Position numbers and translations under genes: made by a program
Assembly: GCA_025352995.1 (NCBI GenBank)
Contig: JANXRN010000330.1
Location: forward strand, 1-51,008
Direction of reading: 5' to 3'
From: Acetobacteraceae bacterium
GTDB lineage: Bacteria > Pseudomonadota > Alphaproteobacteria > Acetobacterales > Acetobacteraceae
DNA length: 51,008 nt
The notes under the pieces: model-generated
Databases searched by the model: none
Told to the model about the DNA's origin: nothing
The model's input: only the letters and a program-made list of their open reading frames with translations
Part shown: in pieces, positions 38,099 through 45,379 of the stretch
How positions within the stretch are numbered: the stretch's first letter is position 1
Layout: every line of letters starts with the position of its first letter

Positions 38099-38099
38099 C

Positions 38100-38477
38100 T
38101 TAGACCACCAAAGTAGGTTGGCGCGACGCAAGCCCCGGACCGGGCGGGATGCCTAGAAATCCGCACAGGCGCCGGCACCATCCGTCGTACAAGCGAACGC
38201 GATCGTCAATTTCATCGCGGTTGCGGGTCCAAACTGCTGCTTGGTCGGTATCAAGATTTTCGCCAGACGCGGGAATGGCTTGCTCCAGACCTGCCAATGA
38301 CGCGAGGTATCGACGCGTAGTCGTTTCCTCGCTGCCGGTGAGGTGCCCTAGGCGAAATTCCAGAAGCCCATAGACCTGATGGAAGCGCCAGCCCTGAAAG
38401 CCTTGATTGCCTGCACCATAGGCCGGGTAGCCGCAGAAACGTCGAATGTCGGTACGTTCGGCTTCAGTGAAGGCCAT
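38100..38477 (-). CDS. Phage hypothetical protein (head completion/adaptor region)
   Basis: 125 aa, downstream of the capsid gene. Confidence 0.5.
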   Translation of the reverse strand: MAFTEAERTDIRRFCGYPAYGAGNQGFQGWRFHQVYGLLEFRLGHLTGSEETTTRRYLASLAGLEQAIPASGENLDTDQAAVWTRNRDEIDDRVRLYDGWCRRLCGFLGIPPGPGLASRQPTLVV

Positions 38478-38554
38478 GTTGGCAATCCTTGCGTAAGTGC
38501 CGGATCGAAAGCGCCGATCGCGACCCGGGCTTAGCGGCCCGGGTCGGGTGGTGG

Positions 38555-39877
38555 TCAGCCCATATGTTCAATCATCACGCAGCGTTTGAACGCTGCATTG
38601 GTGGCCGTTGGAACCGTGGTCGGATTGGTCGTGGTATCCGATGGCGCCGCAAAGCCACCGATCCAGTACCACGATTGCGCGATGATCTGCTGAAGACGAT
38701 CGATCGGTTCGCGGGTAACCATGGCGACGCCATCAACAATCGAAACGATACTGTCGGATGGCGCAACATCTGCTTGAGCCATGCCGGCAAAATTGCCTTC
38801 AATAAGCGCGCCGGCACCACATACAATCGGCCGGCGGATTACCGCGCCACCACCCGATGGGTGGGCTTGGACATAGGCTTCCGTGGTCGGAATGAAACGC
38901 AGACCCAGGAAATCATTGATCATGCCGCGCTTGAAAACCTGATTTGCCGACGTTGCGCCCACGAAGAGCTGACGGAAGTCATTGTCGGCAAACAATTGGC
39001 GGGCGGAAACCGGATCCAGGTAGCAATTGAAAACACCATCAATTTCCGGCACCGCGTTCTGTCGAAGGGTCGCAACGGCATTGAGCAGCGAGGCCATTGT
39101 CAGGCTATCTCCGGCAACGAGTTGCGCGGTATTGGTACGATTATTCGGTCGCTGGATCGAGCTTGCGGTCGACGCGGTGATCGTGTTCCCAGCAGTCGCA
39201 TCGCTGGTCAGCACCGAGTTACTGAAGGTCAGCGTTCCGGAAATGCCACCCGGCGCAGATGAGATGGTCGGGTTGTCGACAGATACGCCAACCAACAGAT
39301 ACTGGTTGACACCCACCATGACCGTCATCGAAGCGGCGCCGCCCACCGGGGTTTGCACACCGTTGACAAAGACATTCTGAAAGCCCCGCACGTCATCAAC
39401 CGCAACGGTCGGACCAGCAGAACCAAGCGTCGTGCGGACCCGTGTGTTGCCGCCGAAATAGGGCGCAAACAGGGCGTTACGGGCCAATTCATCGAGAGAA
39501 CGGGCCGCCTGCTCGCCATTGATCGTTGCATTGAGGAGAAATTGGTTTGCGATTCCAACCCGGCTGGTGACCATATTGAGATCGGTCGTTGCAGCATAAT
39601 GATTGATTGTGATCGTAAACTGTTCAACGCCATAGCTGGTTGCTGCCAAACCATTATCCAGATTGGTATTGGTTGCGGGTGCCAGAGGAACAGTAACGCT
39701 CGGTTTCAGGCCAGCGCGCGTCTTGGTGAGGGTTTCACCCATTCCCACAGCGAACTCGACACGATCGGCGACGGCGCGATACCCAAGGCGCGACCGCATG
39801 GCCTGCTGGAACTCGCGTTCCAGGAAACCCTGCTGGATGATGGGTTGCAGCGCGGCGGGGAAATTCTGAATGCCCAT
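38555..39877 (-). CDS. Major capsid protein (HK97-fold, scaffold-dependent type)
   Basis: 440 aa, following a scaffold-like gene. No delta-domain-like N-terminus. Composition typical of coat proteins. Confidence 0.7.
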   Translation of the reverse strand: MGIQNFPAALQPIIQQGFLEREFQQAMRSRLGYRAVADRVEFAVGMGETLTKTRAGLKPSVTVPLAPATNTNLDNGLAATSYGVEQFTITINHYAATTDLNMVTSRVGIANQFLLNATINGEQAARSLDELARNALFAPYFGGNTRVRTTLGSAGPTVAVDDVRGFQNVFVNGVQTPVGGAASMTVMVGVNQYLLVGVSVDNPTISSAPGGISGTLTFSNSVLTSDATAGNTITASTASSIQRPNNRTNTAQLVAGDSLTMASLLNAVATLRQNAVPEIDGVFNCYLDPVSARQLFADNDFRQLFVGATSANQVFKRGMINDFLGLRFIPTTEAYVQAHPSGGGAVIRRPIVCGAGALIEGNFAGMAQADVAPSDSIVSIVDGVAMVTREPIDRLQQIIAQSWYWIGGFAAPSDTTTNPTTVPTATNAAFKRCVMIEHMG

Positions 39878-39984
39878 GTTGAGTCCTCAAACAATGTTAA
39901 TTTTAGATTGGTAGACCTGCCGGCGTGATTCCGGTTGCTGCAGGAATGGCCGCATTCGCCTGCCTCGGAACGATTGAGCAGGCA

Positions 39985-40377
39985 CTACCGGATGCCCACG
40001 AGTTCGGCCCTCGCGGCGCGCCATTCAGCATCGGTCATTTCTTTTACGTTTCGTGCCTTGCTGGTCTGAGCAAGCGGCGGCATCGCGGGCATGGATGAGC
40101 TGTCCCCGCCAAAGAGCCAAGGTTTGTTGCGCCGCATATCACGCATCAGCACGGCAGCACCCTTCACTTCGCCTGTCGGATCAAGCTCGACCTGAGCAAA
40201 ATCCACCAGCTTTAGGCCATCAAGATCGATCATACCGGCCCGAAGGGCCTCGGACTTCAGCTCGGCATGTACAAGGCGACGGCGACTGTCGACTTCAAGT
40301 TGGGCGATCCTTAGCTCAAGCTCAGCGGCGCGAGCGGCATAGTCAATATTCGTTGGATCATGTGGCTGTTCGGTCAT
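39985..40377 (-). CDS. Head scaffolding protein (putative)
   Basis: 130 aa, coiled-coil and charged, lying between the portal and capsid genes. Start overlaps the portal stop. Confidence 0.55.
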   Translation of the reverse strand: MTEQPHDPTNIDYAARAAELELRIAQLEVDSRRRLVHAELKSEALRAGMIDLDGLKLVDFAQVELDPTGEVKGAAVLMRDMRRNKPWLFGGDSSSMPAMPPLAQTSKARNVKEMTDAEWRAARAELVGIR

Positions 40378-41765
40378 GCGATCTCCTCGGTATCGATGCG
40401 CAGTAATTCAGTCGGAACGTCTTGGATGGAGTAGACGTCAGCGATTGACCTGACCGCGGTTTCGCGGCTTATGAGCTTGGCATTGATCAGGGTTTGCAGG
40501 GTTTGAGCATCGGCCTGTCGATCCTGAGAGCCAGGCGCGTACCACCGCGGCCAGGACAATGTGATGCGGCTAGTTGGATCCAGCGGCGGCAGCAATTCAC
40601 CGTCGGCGCGAAGCTGGTAAAGGTTGGACGCAGCCACGCACATGCGTGCGAGCTGAAGCATACCCCGACCGTAAGCAACGCGAAGGTTGTCCGCGAGCCA
40701 AATGAGACCTTGGTTCATGAGCTCCAGCGCCCGACCTGACTGGGCGCCGGAGAGGCGTTCTGGGCTGGCACGATTGGCATGCACGCCCTCGAGCGCAAAC
40801 TCCCGGAGCGTACGGACATACTCGATGACCGCTGCGGCGGCGGTTCCGCCGATTTCCAGGAGCTTGGCGTCTCCCTTCTCGGTGACGACGAGCGCGTTGC
40901 CGCCACCGCGAATTATTTCGCTGTCGGCAAATGCAGGTTCTTTGATCAGCAATGTTGGGTCGGAACTATATTTGAGGCCACGGCCAGCTTGGCTCAATTG
41001 ATAGTCAATTTCGATATTGGTTTCGACTGCCGATCTGAAAGTGCAACCGCCATCGATGTCATCCCCGCCTGGCAGATTTCGGATCCATACGATCGGCACG
41101 AAGCCGAGACCGTGTCGCACAGTGCGCGTGCTATCGACAGTCGGGGTCGCATCCCCTGTAGTAGACCAGGGAAGATACCAAGTTTCCGTATCTGAGTCCC
41201 AACGACGCATGAACCAGTAGTGAGCCTGAACATCTGGAACCTCATACCCCATCGCTCGCAGGTGAGAGCCAGAGACTTTGTATTTCTCAATGAGCGAGGA
41301 GAGTTGATCGGGCACCTCCTGATCCCAAGTTGGCGTTAAATATTGCGACTGCAGAACCTTGAAGAAAATACGGCCTTTCAAAACTCGCAGGAGAATCGCG
41401 ACTGACCCAATGCTTCCGCGCAAAGCGGCTTCTTGCATGGTCTGGTTTAAGCCAGCATCACGCGCGATGGCGGCCAGGGCTGCCGAAACAGTTCCATCTG
41501 GGCAGTTATAAGTCGGGAAATGCCCGTCCGAAAAAACGAGCGCCAGACTGTCGTCCACGATGATGCGCGCCATTGGGTAGCGAACACTGGGGCGCCGGAG
41601 GCGGAGTGGGATATAATCACCGTTCGCCGAGCGTTCCTCGTGAAACTCATACGGCAAGACGTCGTAATGAGAACCTTCGAGAACGCGCGATAAAATTTCC
41701 AACCTGTTGGTTCTCGGCAGGTAGGCCTGATCAGGTGGAATGAGGCCGCATATCGTTGCGAACAT
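40374..41765 (-). CDS. Portal protein (SPP1 gp6-like)
   Basis: 463 aa, after the terminase gene. SGAQSGRALELM resembles the portal SGxALK motif region. Confidence 0.8.
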   Translation of the reverse strand: MFATICGLIPPDQAYLPRTNRLEILSRVLEGSHYDVLPYEFHEERSANGDYIPLRLRRPSVRYPMARIIVDDSLALVFSDGHFPTYNCPDGTVSAALAAIARDAGLNQTMQEAALRGSIGSVAILLRVLKGRIFFKVLQSQYLTPTWDQEVPDQLSSLIEKYKVSGSHLRAMGYEVPDVQAHYWFMRRWDSDTETWYLPWSTTGDATPTVDSTRTVRHGLGFVPIVWIRNLPGGDDIDGGCTFRSAVETNIEIDYQLSQAGRGLKYSSDPTLLIKEPAFADSEIIRGGGNALVVTEKGDAKLLEIGGTAAAAVIEYVRTLREFALEGVHANRASPERLSGAQSGRALELMNQGLIWLADNLRVAYGRGMLQLARMCVAASNLYQLRADGELLPPLDPTSRITLSWPRWYAPGSQDRQADAQTLQTLINAKLISRETAVRSIADVYSIQDVPTELLRIDTEEIA

Positions 41766-41929
41766 GATTTCCTTTCAGCCCGCCAGCCTGATTGGCCTGC
41801 GGTCCTTGCGATTTAAAAACAATTTTGATGTTCGGAGACAACTAGAGCGTGATCCGTTCAGTTTGCGCCGACGGATACGCTTTAAATTTTTGCTTTCACA
41901 ATCATCTCTATTTGAAGCCGACCGGCCGC

Positions 41930-43399
41930 CTAGCGAACGAAAATGGGCACCTGAACCCGACGAGAGGGCAGCGCCCCATCCGCCAAAAGTGCGTAGGCCC
42001 GGGATAAAGCATCCACCTGGTCATCCTTTCGACCATGCGGAAAATTTTGCAACTCTTCGAGGAACGCCGCGTTCCACGGCGCCCGCATAAGCGTCATACG
42101 TCCAGCCTCAACCTGGGCCGCGACCGGTGCGGCCCGCGTTGCCTTGGCGCCGGTTTCTGGGGATGCGACAACAGTAAAGCCGTGCAGTTGCGCAGATAGC
42201 CAAGCCACTTGCTGTTTGCCGGCCTGCCCTGGGTCTTGTGGCAAGCCCACTGATACAGAGTTTCCGTCACATTTGGCGGTTGCAACAACAGTTTCACTGA
42301 CAACATGTGGACCCGCACGGAACCGGACAACATCGATGACGTAACATCTCCCATCCAGTGCACGGGCGAGCTTCACGCCGACAGTCCAATCGGGATCGCG
42401 GCCAGCTTCGGGCGCTGTTGCTGCGAGATCCCAGGCACGGACGGCCCTCAAATTCGGCGGCAGGGTATCTGCGATAGTGATCTGCGCGGCGGGAAACAAC
42501 CCTCCTGCCGCAGAAATCGGAGCTTGTTGATAGTGCGCAGCCCAAATCCGAGACCCCACGGTCGCGCGCTTGCGGTGGAGCGCGGCAGCATCTTCCCAAT
42601 CTGCCCAAAGTGGTTCGCCTGGACTGCGACCAAGCGGGTCGCCCGGTTCGGCCAACGCCGGAAGCTTGAGTTGATGCCAGCTATCACCACTGTCGAGCAA
42701 TCGTCCGCCAATGTCATCGTGATGCCAACGGGTCATTATCAAGACTATGCGCCCTTTTGGTTTAAGGCGAGTGATCAACTCCGACCGATACCAATTCCAC
42801 AGGTGGTCGCGGGCCTGGGCACTGTCGGCGTCGGCGTGATTTTTTATCGGATCATCGATCAGAATTAAGTCCGCACGGCGACCTATAACTGGCCCGTGCA
42901 CGCCAGTAGCGAAATAGTCGCCCTTGGCTGTCGTGGCGAAGCGATGGGCCGCGTGACTGTCAGGGGCAAGTCGGTAGCCCAATGGATGTTCATGCTCGCT
43001 AATCAGATTACGCAGCCTGCGTCCAAAGTGTTCGGCGAGGTCCGCCGTGTGGCTTGCCGCTATCACTGACGACCGTGGATGGTGGCGGAACCACCAGGCT
43101 GGGAAAATTGTCGAACTGTAAGTCGATTTGGCACTTCCTGGGGGCATCAGCACGAGGAGGCGGTCGATTTTTCCAGTTGTGACCCTTTCAAGGTGATCTA
43201 GAAGCAATCGATGATGCGGCGCTGGCGTCTGCTGAAGCGGCTTGAGAACAAATTCTGCCCAATTCTCCAGGGTTTCAATGAGTTGAGGGCCAAGCGCGAC
43301 GGTATTCGACGAGATTTCAGCTGCCTTAGTGCGCCGCTTTCGTGGCGGTGGAGCTACCGCAGGAATTTCTGCCGAGTCGACGGAGAGCCGATCTGTCAT
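41930..43399 (-). CDS. Terminase large subunit
   Basis: Walker A-like MPPGSAKST, Walker B LILIDDP, and the C-terminal nuclease motif GRKDDQVDALSRAY. GGGAGGGGAAAG RBS. First gene of the operon. Confidence 0.88.
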   Translation of the reverse strand: MTDRLSVDSAEIPAVAPPPRKRRTKAAEISSNTVALGPQLIETLENWAEFVLKPLQQTPAPHHRLLLDHLERVTTGKIDRLLVLMPPGSAKSTYSSTIFPAWWFRHHPRSSVIAASHTADLAEHFGRRLRNLISEHEHPLGYRLAPDSHAAHRFATTAKGDYFATGVHGPVIGRRADLILIDDPIKNHADADSAQARDHLWNWYRSELITRLKPKGRIVLIMTRWHHDDIGGRLLDSGDSWHQLKLPALAEPGDPLGRSPGEPLWADWEDAAALHRKRATVGSRIWAAHYQQAPISAAGGLFPAAQITIADTLPPNLRAVRAWDLAATAPEAGRDPDWTVGVKLARALDGRCYVIDVVRFRAGPHVVSETVVATAKCDGNSVSVGLPQDPGQAGKQQVAWLSAQLHGFTVVASPETGAKATRAAPVAAQVEAGRMTLMRAPWNAAFLEELQNFPHGRKDDQVDALSRAYALLADGALPSRRVQVPIFVR

Positions 43400-43662
43400 A
43401 CGATCTTTCCCCTCCCTGAAACGCGAAGCGGCGTGCCGGTTTCCCGCACACGCCGCTGATCATGTAAAGGTATATAGTCCAAAATGGGGCAGATGGGAAG
43501 TTATTTTTCCTACTAACGTGTATTTTTTATTATATTCGTGAGACGGGCAGCTAACACGGCCCGATCACGTTCCATCGCGGAACTGCCGAGACAGCTGGCC
43601 AGGCACACATAATATAGACGGCAGATTCCGCCAAACGGCAGGCATTTATTTTTAAATACATA

Positions 43663-43696
43663 GAGATATAGGCAATATCTCACGAGATAATTATCT
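43663..43696. promoter_or_regulatory. Two adjacent palindromes in the AT-rich control region upstream of the terminase gene
   Basis: GAGATAT-aggca-ATATCTC (43663-43681) and AGATAATTATCT (43685-43696) share a GAGATA core. Confidence 0.4.
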
Positions 43697-43867
43697 GCCT
43701 TGAGTTGCCGAGCACTAAGGATCTAACGACAGCATCCTGAACAAATTGATTTTTTAGTCTTTATAGTGCGTTATAATTTTGCTCGTTCAGCTTAGTCGCC
43801 CTCGTTGGCACATTGTTGCCGTATTAGGCTGCCAGTAAACTGTGGCGCTGTAGTGTTAGGAGACAGG

Positions 43868-44362
43868 ATGCCTTTGTGTGCTCACCATGCTATCCTATTT
43901 GGACTCCTGCTTGTGGCACACGGAGATGCTTTTGCTGCTGAGGGCTCTCAGATTGGCGGAGGAGCGGGAAATAGCGCTGTTGCATTGCACCAGCCGCCGC
44001 AAACTGCGCGGAAGCCAAGTGAAAAGTTTGCGACGAGCGCACCTGCCACAACGGTGCACAAATCTGGATGGGCGCAGAGCGGCGTGGCGTCCTGGTATGG
44101 TGGCGAACAGTGGCAGGGCAAACTAACAGCAAGCGGCGCGCGCTACGACCAGAACGCACTCACGGCCGCACATGCCACACTTCCGATCGGGTCACGGGTG
44201 AAGGTAACTGTCGCGGGCACTGACCGCACCCTTGTTGTGACTATCAATGACAGGCCGGGAACCAGGACGAGGATCATCGACCTTTCGCGCGCGGCCGCGA
44301 AGGAACTTGGCATCCTGAGCCGGGGCGTAGCGCGGGTAAACCTTGTCCGGCTCGACTCCTGA
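43868..44362 (+). CDS. RlpA-like double-psi beta-barrel lytic transglycosylase with signal peptide
   Basis: The ATG at 43868 follows AGGAGA. Sequence GVASWYGGEQWQGKLTASGARYDQNALTAAHATLPIGSRVKVT...INDRPG. Confidence 0.8.
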   Translation: MPLCAHHAILFGLLLVAHGDAFAAEGSQIGGGAGNSAVALHQPPQTARKPSEKFATSAPATTVHKSGWAQSGVASWYGGEQWQGKLTASGARYDQNALTAAHATLPIGSRVKVTVAGTDRTLVVTINDRPGTRTRIIDLSRAAAKELGILSRGVARVNLVRLDS

Positions 44363-44396
44363 GGATAAATGGCGGCAGAGATAACTGCCACAGTAT

Positions 44397-45281
44397 TTGG
44401 AGGCCTGCTTGAAAGTTGTTTTGCCCGGGGATGCCCGGGTACGGTTGGTCGATGGTTTCGAACAGGTTCAGCGGCTTAGAGTTGGGTCTGAACTTGCAGG
44501 ACCTGGTGGGGGCTGCCGGATATTATCGACCAATCGTTGCCCACCACCGGCGAAATGCGTTGTGTTCGGGGCAGGCAGCCTGTTCCCCAACGGGCCTGAA
44601 GCGAAAATGCGGGTTGCGCCGGATACGCTCGTAGGGTTTCAGATGCTTGGTGGTCAGTGGCAATTGGCCGCCGCCGCGGGCTTGGTCGATGGCTTGAATA
44701 TCCGCTTTGAAAATTGGCCACGCCGACTTGCAGCTTTTGCGATCGAGGTTGACTGCGAAATAGCGATGAACGGGTGCTGGATCGCCGCCCTGGGGACAGC
44801 CGATCTGCGTTCCGGGACTATCTGGGGTGGAACCTCGATTGCGCGATGGCTTCACCGTCCCCGCCACCAGGACGACTTCGAACGGCAAGAGCAATCGCCA
44901 GTGCGGGTGATGGCGGAGGGGCATTGGGCTGAATTGCTGAGTTCAACGCATATAAGTGACGATATTATCATGCATTTTCGTATCGCAAGCCAGGCGCGCT
45001 GGATGCGAGTCATCAGTCCAGCGTTAGTTTCGCCCGGCCAGGCGGGTGACGAAGTTGAGCAGCGCCGGTTCGGTATCGCGATTATTGCGCTGAGCATCGG
45101 TGAGCACAGAATAGCCTTGGATAGCAACGCCTTGGCCTCGGGTTTTTATCCCGTCGAAGGCGATACGCCGCGAAATTGGCGGTGGACAGACGGGAATGGC
45201 TTGATCGTGCTTGATCCAACGCCATCGGAACAAGTGTTTCTAATTCGGTTCACCAATTGGCACGAAATGTTGAAATTGTAG
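44397..45281 (+). CDS. Orphan, degenerate Hint-like domain protein (possibly a truncated gene)
   Basis: TTG start only; the first in-frame ATG is at 44607. The protein begins MEAC, so the Hint-type Cys is at residue 4. CVVFGAGSLFPNGPEAKMRVAPDTLVGF and AAAGLVDGLNI parallel PIRINAGALGDNIPSADLFVSPEHMMVL and AAHSLLNGATI in the Hint protein at 1-1387. C-terminal RWTDGNG motif. Confidence 0.5.
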   Translation: MEACLKVVLPGDARVRLVDGFEQVQRLRVGSELAGPGGGCRILSTNRCPPPAKCVVFGAGSLFPNGPEAKMRVAPDTLVGFQMLGGQWQLAAAAGLVDGLNIRFENWPRRLAAFAIEVDCEIAMNGCWIAALGTADLRSGTIWGGTSIARWLHRPRHQDDFERQEQSPVRVMAEGHWAELLSSTHISDDIIMHFRIASQARWMRVISPALVSPGQAGDEVEQRRFGIAIIALSIGEHRIALDSNALASGFYPVEGDTPRNWRWTDGNGLIVLDPTPSEQVFLIRFTNWHEMLKL

Positions 45282-45323
45282 ACGCAACTTACGCGGACCA
45301 TAATGGGCCATCGTGTGAAAATT

Positions 45324-45359
45324 AAAAAAACCCCGCTGCCAAGAGACAGCGGGGTTTTT
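45324..45359. terminator. Bidirectional rho-independent terminator
   Basis: A7-CCCCGCTG-ccaagaga-CAGCGGGG-T5 lies between convergent genes. Confidence 0.8.
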
Positions 45360-45379
45360 GATCGTTAAACCACCAGTGG

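Larger units (their letters stand above)
19944..43399 (-). mobile_element. Phage-derived contractile-tail head-tail morphogenesis cluster (cryptic prophage or GTA-like element) lacking integration, replication and small-terminase genes
   Basis: About 27 co-directional genes with frequent start/stop overlaps, running from large terminase to tail fibres. Confidence 0.85.

Noticed and set aside
38489-39928. Plus-strand ORFs of 257 and 191 aa opposite the capsid gene
   Set aside because: They have an Arg-rich composition typical of antisense frames in GC-rich DNA. The minus-strand gene fits the operon and carries the coupling signals.
19944-43399. Interpreting the cluster as a tailocin, eCIS or T6SS-like contractile injection system
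   Set aside because: Terminase, portal, scaffold and capsid genes are present and apparently intact. There is no AAA+ ATPase, PAAR or effector module, so a DNA-packaging particle is more likely.
43569-43583. GTTCCATCGCGGAAC as a second SOS box upstream of TerL
   Set aside because: It is an inverted repeat (GTTC-N7-GAAC). The alphaproteobacterial LexA site is a direct repeat (GTTC-N7-GTTC), so at most it is some other protein's palindromic site.
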